Source: Eledone cirrhosa
Taxonomy: Eukaryota
Direction: 5' to 3'
DNA length: 64,000 nucleotides
NCBI GenBank assembly: GCA_964016885.1
Contig: OZ024766.1
Coordinates: forward strand, 13,082,001 to 13,146,000
In this document: positions 50,603 through 64,000 of the stretch, in pieces
Layout: each line of letters starts with the position of its first letter
Numbering within the stretch: the stretch's first letter is position 1
Position numbers and translations under genes: made by a program
The notes under the pieces: generated by a model
The model's input: only the letters and a program-made list of their open reading frames with translations
What the model was told of the DNA's origin: nothing
Database searches by the model: none

Positions 50603-51365
50603 GTATATATACATATATATACATGTGTAAACTGCAGAATATGATCTTTGTTGTTGTAAGACAGAAGAGAGTGATATTTGGCTGCTATTTCTACCAAGTC
50701 AAGTAACCAGGTAGGAGACTCCCTCGTTGATACGTAATACATATTTTACTGGGAGATGTTGTTTGTTTTACCAGGGGTTGGATACAATTGATGGAGTGAA
50801 TTGATATAACTGAAGGTATTAAATTATGTCAGGGACTTTTAACGTATGACACCGGTGTTATTCAGGAGAGTGAAACATTACCAACGACAGCACGCACCTG
50901 CCATCTTAATTATAACTTTAATTAATCTAATTATATCTTGTGTATCAATTATATCATGTTAAGGTGAAAGTTAATATTCTGTAGATAACATAGAGTGAGT
51001 TACATGTTCCAGGGTAGGTGTTCCATCTCCTACATGATTAAATATTTCATTTCATGAGAAACTACGCCACATCGTGAATTGGTTGTTCCACATTTTACAG
51101 GACAGTGAGAAATAGGTTTAAATCACCAACATCTGAACAATTAGCTTTCCTGGTCTTTCTTGAATTTACACTTGGACTTGAAATATAAAGTACGTATTAT
51201 TTGTATTGTTAACACAGCAGATATTGTGTACTTTTCTACACTCTGTGGTGAACAATCCCCATTTATTAAGACACACACACACTCTCTCTTACACTTTCTT
51301 ATACCAACATCTGTCTTACACAGTCATATATCCTGAGAACTTCGAAGAATTCTTCAAGAATTACC

Positions 51366-52617
<1,252 letters not shown>

Positions 52618-52977
52618 GGGAAATCTTTCATTAGTAACACTGAATATAATAAACACAAAATAACACACGCTTGTGAAAAACTTTTTACACAGTGAAATAT
52701 GTGGGAAATGTTTTTTTCTCTAACAGTTACTTAGACACAAACATACAGAGGAATGAAAGTTTTTAACTGTGAAACACGGACATCCTTCCTCTTACAAATC
52801 TAAAATTATTTTCCACCAATATCAAATGTGAATACTTGGCAGTTTGATAGACTCCAAACATTGCTGGCCATTTTTACAAATATATTTTCATTTGAAATTG
52901 AAATCTTTCTCTGATCTATTCTTGACTTTTTGAATTAATTTTAAATCTATGCCAGAAATTTCAGCCTTGGTTTGTCA

Positions 52978-53795
52978 ACACCAACATTCCCTGCTATAGT
53001 GTGTGTAATTAAGGGACCCTCTATCACATAAGGTAATGTCTTGTATGCTATGATAAATTTTGGAGGACTACACCAACATTCCCTTTTGTAGTGTGTGTAG
53101 TTAAGTGACCCTCTATCACCTGAGGTAATGTCTTCTCTGCTGTGATAACTTTTAGAGGCCTACACCAACATTCCTTGCTATAGTGTGTAATTGAAGGGAC
53201 CCTCTATCACCTGAGGTAATGTCTTCTCTGCTGTGATAACTTTTAGAGGCCTACACCAACATTCCTTGCTATAGTGTGTAATTGAAGGGACCCTCTATCA
53301 CCTGAGGTAATGTCTTCTCTGCTGTGATAACTTTTAGAGGCCTACACCAACATACCTTGCTATAGTGTGTAATTGAAGGGACCCTCTATCACCTGAGGTA
53401 ATGTCTTCTCTGCTATGATAACTTTTAGAGGCCTACACCAACATTCCCTCCTATAGTTTGTGTAAGAGACCCTCTATCACCTGTTCGCTGGTATGTTAAA
53501 TTTTAGATGCCTACACCAACATTCCCTCCTATAGTGTGTAATTGAAGGGACCCTCTATCACCTGAGGTAATGTCTTCTCTGCTATGATAACTTTTAGAGG
53601 CCTACACCAACATTCCCTCCTATAGTTTGTGTAAGAGACCCTCTATCACCTGTTCGCTGGTATGTTAAATTTTAGAAGCCTACACCAACATTCCCTGTTG
53701 TAGTGTGTAATTAAGGGCCCTCTATCACCTTAGGTAATGCTGTGTGTGTCTAGTCTCAGAAATTTTAGAGGGTAACACCAACATTTTCTGTTATA
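52978..53795 (+). repeat. About 91-bp tandem array (about 9 copies, some shorter variants)
   Basis: Unit caccaacattccttgctatagtgtgtaattgaagggaccctctatcacctgaggtaatgtc... Confidence 0.85.
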
Positions 53796-53977
53796 GTAAA
53801 TTTCTTTCTGACTCCTTTTTTTTTATTGATTTTATGTTTTGTAAATAATTTATTAATTTTTCATAATTAATTTTATAAATTGTATTTATGTCCTGAATTT
53901 CATTCTATTTGTTGTTAATAAAAGAATTATATTTAAGGAATTTATTAAGTCTATAACTTCAACTTTTTGTTATTTTG

Positions 53978-55703
53978 CCATCTAAATCTGTTGTTAACAC
54001 CATATGTAATGATATCATCTTGTAAGTAGTTTTAATACATCTAACACCCATCTAAATCTCTGTTATTAACACCATATGTAATGATATCATCTTGTAAGTA
54101 GTTTTAATACATCTAACACCCATCTAAATCTCTGTTATTAACACCACATGTAATGATATCATCTTGTAAGTAGTTTTAATATCTAACACACATCTAAATC
54201 TCTGTTATTAACACCATATGTAATGATATCTTGTAAGTAGTTTTAATACATCTAACACCCATCTAAATCTCTGTTATTAACACCATATGTAATGATATCA
54301 TCTTGTAAGTAGTTTTAATACATCTAACACCCATCTAAATCTCTGTTATTAACACCATATGTAATGATATCATCTTGTAAGTAGTTTTAATACATCTAAC
54401 ACCCATCTAAATCTCTGTTATTAACACCATATGTAATGATATCATCTTGTAAGTAGTTTTAATATCTAACACCCATCTAAATCTCTGTTATTAACACCAT
54501 ATGTAATGATATCATCTTGTAAGTTGTTTTAATACATCTAACACCCATCTAAATCTGTTATTAAGACCATATGTAATGATATCATCTTGTAAGTAGTTTT
54601 AATACATCTAACACCCATCTAAATCTGTTATTAACACCATATGTAATGATATCATCTTGTGGGTAGTTTTAATACATCTAACACCCATCTAAATCTCTGT
54701 TATTAACACCATATGTAATGATATCATCTTGTAAGTAGTTTTAATACATCTAACACCCATCTAAATCTCTGTTATTAACACCATATGTAATGATATCATC
54801 TTGTAAGTAGTTTTAATATCTAACATCCATCTAAATCTCTGTTTTTAATACCATATGCAATGATATCATCTTGTGGGTAGTTTTAATACATCTAACACCC
54901 ATCTAAATCTCTGTTATTAACACCATATGTAATGATATCATCTTGTAAGTAGTTTTAATATCTAACATCCATCTAAATCTCTGTTATTAACACCATATGT
55001 AATGATATCATCTTGTAAGTAGTTTTAATACATCTAACACCCATCTAAATCTCTGTTATTAACACCATATGTAATGATATCATCTTGTAAGTAGTTTTAA
55101 TACATCTAACACCCATCTAAATCTCTGTTATTAACACCATATGTAATATCATCTTGTAAGTAGTTTTAATACATCTAACACCCATCTAAATCTCTGTTAT
55201 TAACACCATATGTAATGATATCATCTTGTAAGTAGTTTTAATACATCTAACACCCATCTAAATCTCTGTTATTAACACCATATGTAATGATATCATCTTG
55301 TAAGTAGTTTTAATACATCTAACACCCATCTAAATCTCTGTTATTAACACCATATGTAATGATATCATCTTGTAAGTAGTTTTAATACATCTAACACCCA
55401 TCTAAATCTCTGTTATTAACACCATATGTAATGATATCATCTTGTAAGTAGTTTTAATATCTAACACCCATCTAAATCTCTGTTATTAACACCATATGTA
55501 ATGATATCATCTTGTAAGTAGTTTTAATACATCTAACACCCATCTAAATCTCTGTTATTAACACCATATGTAATGATATCATCTTGTAAATAGTTTTAAT
55601 ACATCTAACATCCATCTAAATCTCTGTTATTAACACCATATGTAATGATATCTTGTAAGTAGTTTTAATACATCTAACATCCATCTAAATCTCTGTTATT
55701 AAC
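53978..55703 (+). repeat. 72-bp AT-rich tandem array (about 24 copies), unrelated to the MITE 72-mer
   Basis: Unit ccatctaaatctctgttattaacaccatatgtaatgatatcatcttgtaagtagttttaatacatctaacac. Confidence 0.95.
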
Positions 55704-56104
55704 AGCACTAGCAGAAAAACCACCCTAGCATGTGTACTGTGTATATTGATATTATACACAAATATATATGCATGTAAATAAAATTGTAATTGACAATATA
55801 CACAGAAATTGAACGAAGACTGCGTTACACTGTCTTATTTAACCAGTAACGTAATCCATGATATATTAAAAAAAGAAGATATTTTATATAAACTGGATTA
55901 GGAGAAAATTAGTGACGGAAATATATGAATGTTTATTTAAGCGATTGCCACCGGAAGTGTTGACATTTGAACATTTTAAAGAAGTAAATCTTTAAATAAA
56001 TAATAAAATCTTAACTATAATAAAGTAAGGAGCGTGGGACTGCATCCAGAATATATTTTTTTACCCCGTTTGTAAAATAAGTTGGGTTACTTTGAATAAA
56101 TAAT

Positions 56105-56293
56105 TGTTTCTCCTTTAGGCACAAGGCCAGCAATTACCCCAGTGTATTACTGGTACTTTATTTTATCCACCCCGTAAGGATGAAAGGCAAAGTCAACCTC
56201 GGCGGGATTTGAACTTAGAATGGCAAGGGCCGTAACTCTATGCGTCAAAGCATGGCATCCGACCCTCTACCGATACTGCCAACTCACCGCCCG
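56105..56293 (-). mobile_element. SINE with TSD (opposite-orientation copy at about 56441-56620)
   Basis: actttgaataaataat is duplicated at both sides; B-box-like agttcaaatccc. Confidence 0.75.
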
Positions 56294-56649
56294 ACTTTGA
56301 ATAAATAATGAATGAATATTACATAATTTATCTATTAAATGTTGTGGCTGTTGATTAAATATATTTTATAGCTTATTTAAAGATTCACTTCTTTAAAATG
56401 GTCAAATGTCAACACTTCCTGTTAGCTGCCGTTATATTATTGGCAGTATCGGTAGAGGGTTGGACGCCATGCTTTGAAGCATAGAGTTGCGTCCCTTTAT
56501 GATCTGAGTTCAAATCCCGCCGAGATTAACTTTGCCTTTCATCCTTACGGGGTCAATAAAATAAAATACCAGTAATACACTGGGTAATTGCTGGCCTTGT
56601 GCCTAAAGTAGAAGCAGTTATATTATAACACTTATAATCACATAATCAC

Positions 56650-57165
56650 GTGCTGCTGTACAGGTCTGAGACTTGGACACTGACCAAGAAACTCACTCTG
56701 ATGGTGGATGGGTGCTACACGAGAATGCTGAGGATGGCTCTGAATATTAATCAGTATACACTGAGGATGAAAAACTCAGAGCTGTATGGGAGCCTCCCAA
56801 AAGTCAGCTCAAAAGTGACACAGAAGAGACTGTAGTTAGCTGGACATGCTCACCGACATCCAGAGTTGACACTGCACTCAGTGCTCCTGTGGGAGCCCCT
56901 ACATGGACACACTGGAAGAGGGAGACTGAGGTTAGCTGGACATGCTCACCGACATCCAGAGTTGACATTGCACTCAGTGCTCCTGTGGGAGCCCATACAT
57001 GGACACACAGGAAGAGAAAGACCAAGGTTAACGTATGTTGATGCCCTAAGGACAGACACTGGTCTGTTGGAGACGCAAGACATGGCAGCGATAATGAGGG
57101 ACAGAGACTGCTGGAGGGAACTCGTCCATGGATCTTGGGAATTTTACCTGCCCTAGATAGATAGA
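56650..57165 (+). mobile_element. 3' fragment of a second RTE-like LINE family with internal duplication
   Basis: LLYRSETWTLT..DGCYTRMLR, RLRLAGH, RPRLTYVDAL; (agat)n tail. Confidence 0.75.
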
Positions 57166-57563
57166 TATAATGACATATATTTCCGTCGCTAATTTTCTCC
57201 TAACGCAGTTTATATATAATATCGTCTTTTTTAATGTATCATGGATTACGTTACTGATTACATAAGACAGTGTAACACAGTCTTTGTTCAATTTCTGTGT
57301 ATTATATATTGCCAATTACGATTTTATTTGATGTATCATATCTACATGTATATATACTTGTGTATAATATCAATATACACACTACACAAGCTAGCAGTTT
57401 ATATATAATATCGTCTTTTTTAATGTATCATGGATTAATGATTACATAAGACAGTGTAACACAGTCTTTGTTCAATTTCTGAGTATTATATATTGTCAAT
57501 TACGATTTTATTTGATGTATAATATCTACATGTATATATACTTGTGTATAATAATACACACAC

Positions 57564-58580
57564 TTGTGTAATAGTAATATATACGAACGGCAAAGCATAA
57601 GTGAACTAAGTGAGAAATTAGGAATAAGAGGGATCAGATGCTGTTTACTCGAGAGAAGACTACGTTGGTATGGCCACGTGATGCGCATGAAAGACGACAG
57701 TTGTATAAAAAAGTGCAGGGCGATCAAAATAGATGGTAGCCACGGAGTAGTCAGACCCAGAAAAACCTGGGACGATCTGATAAATTCCGGCCTTACACAC
57801 TTGCACCTCTCTAAGACAATGTCCCTGGACCGAGGTCTTTGGCGCTATACAGTAATACAGAAGACCCGCCTTGCCTATGTACAAAGTAAAACCTACAGTC
57901 AGTAGGCACCTCTTAACCAAATATACACCCCAATCCACTACCCCTACCCTTTCCTCCCACTCCCACCAACACCACCCTCTCTCTATAAAGTTGCTACCAC
58001 AACATCCAGTCCAAATAAATGAGATAATGAGATCGAGGTCATGTAGGTGTCACAAGACAAAAACACACAGTCCACGCTGTAATGTGGCCGTGTAGGTAAC
58101 ACGGTAAAAACCTCCCAGTTCCACATTGTAAATGTGGTTCGAGTTAGGAAGGGCATCCAGCTGTAGAAAACCCGCCAGACATGTAGGTGTTACAACAAAA
58201 AAACACGCAGTCCACGCTGTAATGTGGCCGTGTAGGTAACACGGTAAAAACCTCCCAGTTCCACACTGTAAACGTGGTTGGTGTTAGGAAGGGCATCCAG
58301 CCGTAGAAAACCCACCAGACGTGTAGGTGTCACGAGACAAAAACACACAGTCCATGCTGTAATGTGGCCGTGTAGGTAACACGGTAAAAGGTTCCCAGTT
58401 CCACATTGTAAATGTGGTTGGTGTTAGGAAGGGCATCCAGCTGTAGAAAACCTTCCAGATAGTCCTATATGAGCGAGACACGGTCACCCGACCAACCTTG
58501 CCTCAGGTGGGACAACTCCCGTCTAACCCATGCTAGCGTGGAAAGTGGACGTTAAACGAAGATGATGATGCTGATGATGA
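57564..58580 (+). mobile_element. RTE LINE 3' fragment, same family as 16156-19720; 3' UTR segment triplicated
   Basis: The peptide nearly matches the C-terminus of 16498..18186; repeats at about 58040-58460; (gat)n tail. Confidence 0.9.
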
Positions 58581-58650
58581 CACAACACATGCTAGAAGGG
58601 TGGTTTTTCTGCTAGTCTACTTAACAAATTTCTCTTCTCATTGGCAACAG

Positions 58651-58780
58651 ATCAATTCTCTATGGACAGTCACCATGAATGTCTTCAACTTCTACTACCT
58701 CATTGCTTGCCGATTCCACATCCACGTAAGACGGCTGCCCCAAAACAGACGTTCGGCAGCTAATGTGAAGTTCTTCTTCA
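58651..58780 (+). CDS. TERT: TERT exon (C-terminal extension/thumb), phase 0-1
   Basis: ttctcattggcaacag acceptor and A|gtaagt donor. INSLWTVTMNVFNFYYLIACRFHIHVRRLPQNRRSAANVKFFF aligns without gaps to human TERT [43 protein letters not shown] (human sequence recalled, not searched). Confidence 0.8.
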
Positions 58781-58959
58781 GTAAGTTGATATTTGGAGCA
58801 TAACTTAATAAAGGTTCTGACATGGAATTATAATGAAAGGTTTTTAGAACAAACAGTTTTGTGTCATAGAAGTAGGGTTGTTTGGAACATAACTTAACAA
58901 AGGTTCTTATATAAAATTATCCATCAGAGTATTCGGTTTATGTGTGTTACTTATGTTTT

Positions 58960-59640
58960 AGAGAGTATTATGCACATAAAAAAATTCAACTTTTTTATCT
59001 CCTAGGGCCTGCATTAGGTGAAAAACTGCGTGTTTTTTTTCAGGTTTCTAGGGTTTTTTGAGGCGTTACGTCAGACCGATTTCCTTGAAATTGTAACTAT
59101 GTATTAGTCAGTCTCTTCTTCATAACGGGAGCAAAGAAAATCCAACTTTCTTATGGCCTAGGGCTCGCTTTAGGTGAAAAACTTCATTTTTTCAGCATTT
59201 TAGGGCTTTTTTTGAGGCGTTACATCAGACCGATTTCCTTGAAATTGTAACTATGTATTAGTCAGTCTCTTCTTCATACCGGGAGCAAAGAAAATCCAAC
59301 TTTCTTATGGCCTAGGGCTCGCTTTAGGTGAAAAACTTCATTTTTTCAGCATTTTAGGGCTTTTTTTGAAGCGTTACGTCAGACTGATTTCCTTGAAATT
59401 GTAACTATGTATTAGTCAGCCTCTTCTTCATACCGGGAGCAAAGAAAATCCAACTTTCTTATGGCCTAGGGCCCGCATTATGGTGAAAAACTTCATTTTT
59501 TTCAGCTTCTTAGGGCTTTTTTGAGGCGTTACGTCTATCAGATATCCCGAAATTTCAAGGTATATTATGCACATAAGAAAATTTCATTTCCTTGATCCCC
59601 TAGGGCCCACATTAGGTGAAAACCTGCATTTTTCCTGCTT
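58960..59640 (+). repeat. About 154-bp tandem repeat (about 4 copies)
   Basis: cctagggc...ttaggtgaaaaac...gaggcgttac recurs at about 59001, 59157, 59311, 59465 and 59599. Confidence 0.8.
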
Positions 59641-59754
59641 CATAGAGGGAAAAGCTTAGATTATCCAGCCATCAGACTATTCGGTTTATTTTCTTTACAT
59701 ATTGTCCAGGCATGCATTTTTTCCACAATTAGGTCTGTTGGTGGCCCGCGTTCC

Positions 59755-62700
59755 ATGTGGGAGTGGATTACATGTGGGGCTGGAGGGACAGTGGGAGTGG
59801 ATTACATGTGGGGCTGGAGGGACAGTGGGATTGGATTACATGTGGGGCTGGAGGGACAGTGGGAGTACATTACATGTGGGGCTGGAGGGACAGTGGGATT
59901 GCATTACATGTGGGGCTAGAGGGACAGTGGGATTGCATTACATGTGGGGCTGGAGGGACAGTGGGAGTGGATTACATGTGGGGCTGGAGGGACAGTGGGA
60001 GTGGATTACATGTGGGGCTGGAGGGACAGTGGGAGTACATTACATGTGGGGCTGGAGGGACAGTGGGATTGCATTACATGTGGGGCTGGAGGGACAGTGG
60101 GAGTGGATTACATGTGGGGCTGGAGGGACAGTGGGATTGCATTACATGTGGGGCTGGAGGGACAGTGGGAGTGGATTACATGTGGGGCTGGAGGGACAGT
60201 GGGAGTACATTACATGTGGGGCTGGAGGGACAGTGGGATTGCATTACATGTGGGGCTGGAGGGACAGTGGGAGTGGATTACATGTGGGGCTGGAGGGACA
60301 GTGGGATTGCATTACATGTGGGGCTGGAGGGACAGTGGGAGTGCATTACATGTGGGGCTGGAGGGACAGTGGAAGTGCATTACATGTGGGGCTGGAGGGA
60401 CTGGGATTGCATTACATGTGGGGCTGGAGGGACAGTGGGATTGGATTACATGTGGGGCTGGAGGGACAGTGGGAGTGGATTACATGTGGGGCTGGAGAGA
60501 CAGTGGGAGTGGATTACATGTGGGGCTGGAGAGACAGTGGGAGTGGATTACATGTGGGGCTGGAGGGACAGTGGGAGTGGATTACATGTGGGGCTGGAGG
60601 GACAGTGGGAGTGCATTACATGTGGGGCTGCAGGGACAGTGGGAGTGCATTACATGTGGGGCTGGAGGGACAGTGGGAGTGCATTACATGTGGGGCTGGA
60701 GGGACAGTGGGAGTGCATTACATGTGGGGCTGGAGGGACTGGGATTGCATTACATGTGGGGCTGGAGAGACAGTGGGAGTGCATTACATGTGGGGCTGCA
60801 GGGACAGTGGGAGTGCATTACATGTGGGGCTGGAGGGACAGTGGGAGTGCATTACATGTGGGGCTGGAGGGACAGTGGGAGTGCATTACATGTGGGGCTG
60901 GAGGGACAGTGGGAGTGCATTACATGTGGGGCTGGAGGGACTGGGATTGCATTACATGTGGGGCTGGAGAGACAGTGGGAGTGCATTACATGTGGGGCTG
61001 GAGGGACAGTGGGAGTGCATTACATGTGGGGCTGGAGGGACAGTGGGAGTGCATTACATGTGGGGCTGGAGGGACTGGGATTGCATTACATGTGGGGCTG
61101 GAGGGACAGTGGGATTGGATTACATGTGGGGCTGGAGGGACAGTGGGAGTGGATTACATGTGGGGCTGGAGAGACAGTGGGAGTGCATTACATGTGGGGC
61201 TGGAGAGACAGTGGGAGTGGATTACATGTGGGGCTGGAGGGACAGTGGGAGTGCATTACATGTGGGGCTGCAGGGACAGTGGGAGTGCATTACATGTGGG
61301 GCTGCAGGGACAGTGGGAGTGCATTACATGTGGGGCTGGAGGGACAGTGGGAGTGCATTACATGTGGGGCTGCAGGGACAGTGGGAGTGCATTACATGTG
61401 GGGCTGGAGAGACAGTGGGAGTGGATTACATGTGGGGCTGGAGGGACAGTGGGAGTGCATTACATGTGGGGCTGGAGGGACAGTGGGATTGCATTACATG
61501 TGGGGCTGGAGGGACTGGGATTGCATTACATGTGGAGCTGGAGGGACAGTGGGAGTACATTACATGTGTGGCTGGAGTGACAGTGGGAGTGGATTACATG
61601 TGGGGCTGGCGGGACAGTGGGAGTGGATTACATGTGGGGATGGAGGGACAGTGGCAGTGGATTACATGTGGGGCTGGAGGGACAGTGGGAGTGCATTACA
61701 TGTGGGGCTGGAGGGGCAGTGGGAGTGCATTACATGTGGGGCTGGAGGGACAGTGGGAGTGCATTACATGTGGGGCTGCAGGGACAGTGGGAGTGCATTA
61801 CATGTGGGGCTGGAGGGACAGTGGGAGTGCATTACATGTGGTGCTGGAGGGACAGTGGGAGTGCATTACATGTGGGGCTGGAGGGACAGTGGGATTGCAT
61901 TACATGTGGGGCTGGAGGGACAGTGGGAGTGGATTACATGTGGGGCTGGAGGGACAGTGGGAGTGGATTACATGTGGGGCTGGAGGGACAGTGGCAGTGG
62001 ATTACATGTGGGGCTGGAGGGACAGTGGGATTGCATTACATGTGGGGCTGGAGGGACAGTGGCAGTGGATTACATGTGGGGCTGGAGGGACAGTGGCAGT
62101 GGATTACATGTGGGGCTGGAGGGACAGTGGGATTGCATTACATGTGGGGCTGGAGGGACAGTGGCAGTGGATTACATGTGGGGCTGGAGGGACAGTGCCA
62201 GTGGATTACATGTGGGGCTGGAGGGACAGTGGGAGTGCATTACATGTGGGGCTGGAGGGACAGTGGCAGTGGATTACATGTGGGGCTGGAGGGACAGTGG
62301 CAGTGGATTACATGTGGGGCTGGAGGGACAGTGGGATTGCATTACATGTGGGGCTGGAGGGACAGTGGGAGTGGATTACATGTGGGGCTGGAGGGACAGT
62401 GGCAGTGGATTACATGTGGGGCTGGAGGGACAGTGGGAGTGCATTACATGTGGGGCTGGAGGGACAGTGGGAGTGCATTACATGTGGGGCTGGAGGGACA
62501 GTGGGATTGCATTACATGTGGGGCTGGAGGGACAGTGGCAGTGGATTACATGTGGGGCTGGAGGGACAGTGGGAGTGCATTACATGTGGGGCTGGAGGGA
62601 CAGTGGGATTGCATTACATGTGGGGCTGGAGGGACAGTGGCAGTGGATTACATGTGGGGCTGGAGGGACAGTGGGAGTGCATTACATGTGGGGCTGGAGG

Positions 62701-62820
62701 GACAGTGGGAGTGCATTACATGTGGGGCTGGAGGGACAGTGGGAGTGCATTACATGTGGGGCTGGAGGGACAGTGGGAGTGCATTACATGTGGGGCTGGA
62801 GGGACAGTGGGAGTGCATTA
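59755..62820 (+). repeat. G-rich 34-bp minisatellite (about 90 copies)
   Basis: Unit cattacatgtggggctggagggacagtgggagtg. Confidence 0.97.
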
Positions 62821-62822
62821 TA

Positions 62823-62849
62823 CCGTGCAACGCCGGGTACCACTGCTAG
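62823..62849 (+). mobile_element. Helitron-like 3' terminus
   Basis: Hairpin ccgtgcaacgccgg, then a spacer and CTAG followed by T. Confidence 0.5.
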
Positions 62850-62894
62850 TATGTCAAAACGGGGGCCCTACATATATAATGTCTCTATTTTCAG

Positions 62895-62953
62895 ATGGTA
62901 TCCGACATATTGCCAGCTACTTCATCCAGCAAACACGTTTCCACATGAAGAAG
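62895..62953 (+). CDS. TERT: TERT exon, 59 nt, phase 1-0
   Basis: tctctattttcag acceptor and AAG|gtgagt donor. It joins in frame to give NGIRHIASYFIQQTRFHMKK (compare human RVISDTASLC). Confidence 0.7.
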
Positions 62954-63272
62954 GTGAGTAGAGGTAGGTGGGGGACATGGGAGGGAGGGAGGTGGGTAAC
63001 TGGGGGATATGGGGGGGAGTAAGTGGGTAACGGGAGACATGGGACGGGGTAACTGGGGGACATGGGAGAGAGAATGGTGGCTAACTGGGGCACATGGGAG
63101 GGGCGTAGAGGGGTAACTGGGAGACGTGAGAGGGAGGGAGGTGGGGGACATGGGTAGGTGGGTAACTGGAGGACATGGGAGGGAGGAAGGTGGGTAACTG
63201 GGGGATATGTGAGGGTGGGATGGGGAGGCCTGGGAGTTTTTTGTTTGTGAAGGTGGTGGTGTGCTACATATA

Positions 63273-64000
63273 CCACTCTCTCCAGCCCCACATGTAATGC
63301 ACTCCCACTGTCCCTCCAGCCCCACATGTAATGCAATCCCACTGTCCCTCCAGCCCCACATGTAATGTACTCCCACTGTCCCTCCAGCCCCACATGTAAT
63401 GCACTCCCACTGTCTCTCCAGCCCCACATGTAATGCAATCCCACTGTCCCTCCAGCCCCACATGTAATGCACTCCCACTGTCACTCCAGCCCCACATGTA
63501 ATCCACTCCCATTGTCTCTCCAGCCACACATGTAATGCACTCCCACTGTCTCTCCAGCCCCACATGTAATGCAATCCCACTGTCCCTCCAGCCCCACATG
63601 TAATGCACTCCCACTGTCACTCCAGCCCCACATGTAATCCACTCCCATTGTCTCTCCAGCCCCACATGTAATGCACTCCCACTGTCCCTCCAGCCCCACA
63701 TGTAATCCACTCCCACTGTCTCTCCAGCCCCACATGTAATCCACTCCCACTGTCCCTCCAGCCCCACATGTAATGCACTCCCACTGTCTCTCCAGCCCCA
63801 CATGTAATGCAATCCCAGTACCTCCAGCCCCACATGTAATGCACTCCCACTGTCCCTCCAGCCCCACATGTAATGCACTCCCACTGTCCCTCCAGCCCCA
63901 CATGTAATGCACTCCCACTGTCTCTCCAGCCCCACATGTAATGCAATCCCAGTCCCTCCACCCCCACATGTAATGCACTCCCACTGTCCCTCCAGCCCCA
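63273..64000 (-). repeat. Same 34-bp minisatellite in inverted orientation (at least 21 copies, runs off the window)
   Basis: Unit cactcccactgtccctccagccccacatgtaatg is the reverse complement of the 59755-62820 unit. Confidence 0.97.

Larger units (their letters stand above)
55708..58616. mobile_element. Foldback-like inverted repeat with CTAG ends; right arm split by SINE and LINE insertions
   Basis: 55708-55928 matches the reverse complement of 57172-57395 plus 58581-58616; 55951-56000 matches the reverse complement of 56372-56420. Confidence 0.65.

Noticed and set aside
59702-63984. ORFs of 400-1100 aa (WGWRDSG... repeats) in all three frames
   Set aside because: Artefact of a stop-free 34-bp unit; the same peptide cycles through all frames.

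Overview
Repeat-dominated, AT-rich eukaryotic DNA, most likely from an octopus or other coleoid. This is inferred from the RTE/SINE families and HTGEKPYHC-type C2H2 arrays and cannot be confirmed here. Host-gene content: two damaged C2H2 zinc-finger genes (3.2-4.2 kb minus; 51.4-52.6 kb plus), three phase-1 exons of an EGF + F-type-lectin protein (22.2-24.5 kb), and two spliceable exons (58651-58780, 62895-62953) whose joined peptide aligns by eye to the C-terminal extension of telomerase reverse transcriptase (TERT). The 59-nt second TERT exon lies between two G-rich 34-bp minisatellite arrays in opposite orientation. Mobile DNA: RTE LINEs, SINEs, a gag-less Gypsy element, Penelope-like elements with hammerhead ribozyme motifs, and hAT/Tigger/TTAA MITEs. 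One TTAA MITE is inflated to about 9.8 kb by an internal 72-bp satellite that hosts a young non-autonomous LTR element and a near full-length Tx1-clade LINE. At least four of the tandem arrays can be traced to sub-segments of transposons that are also present unamplified in the window. All calls are by eye; no database searches were run.
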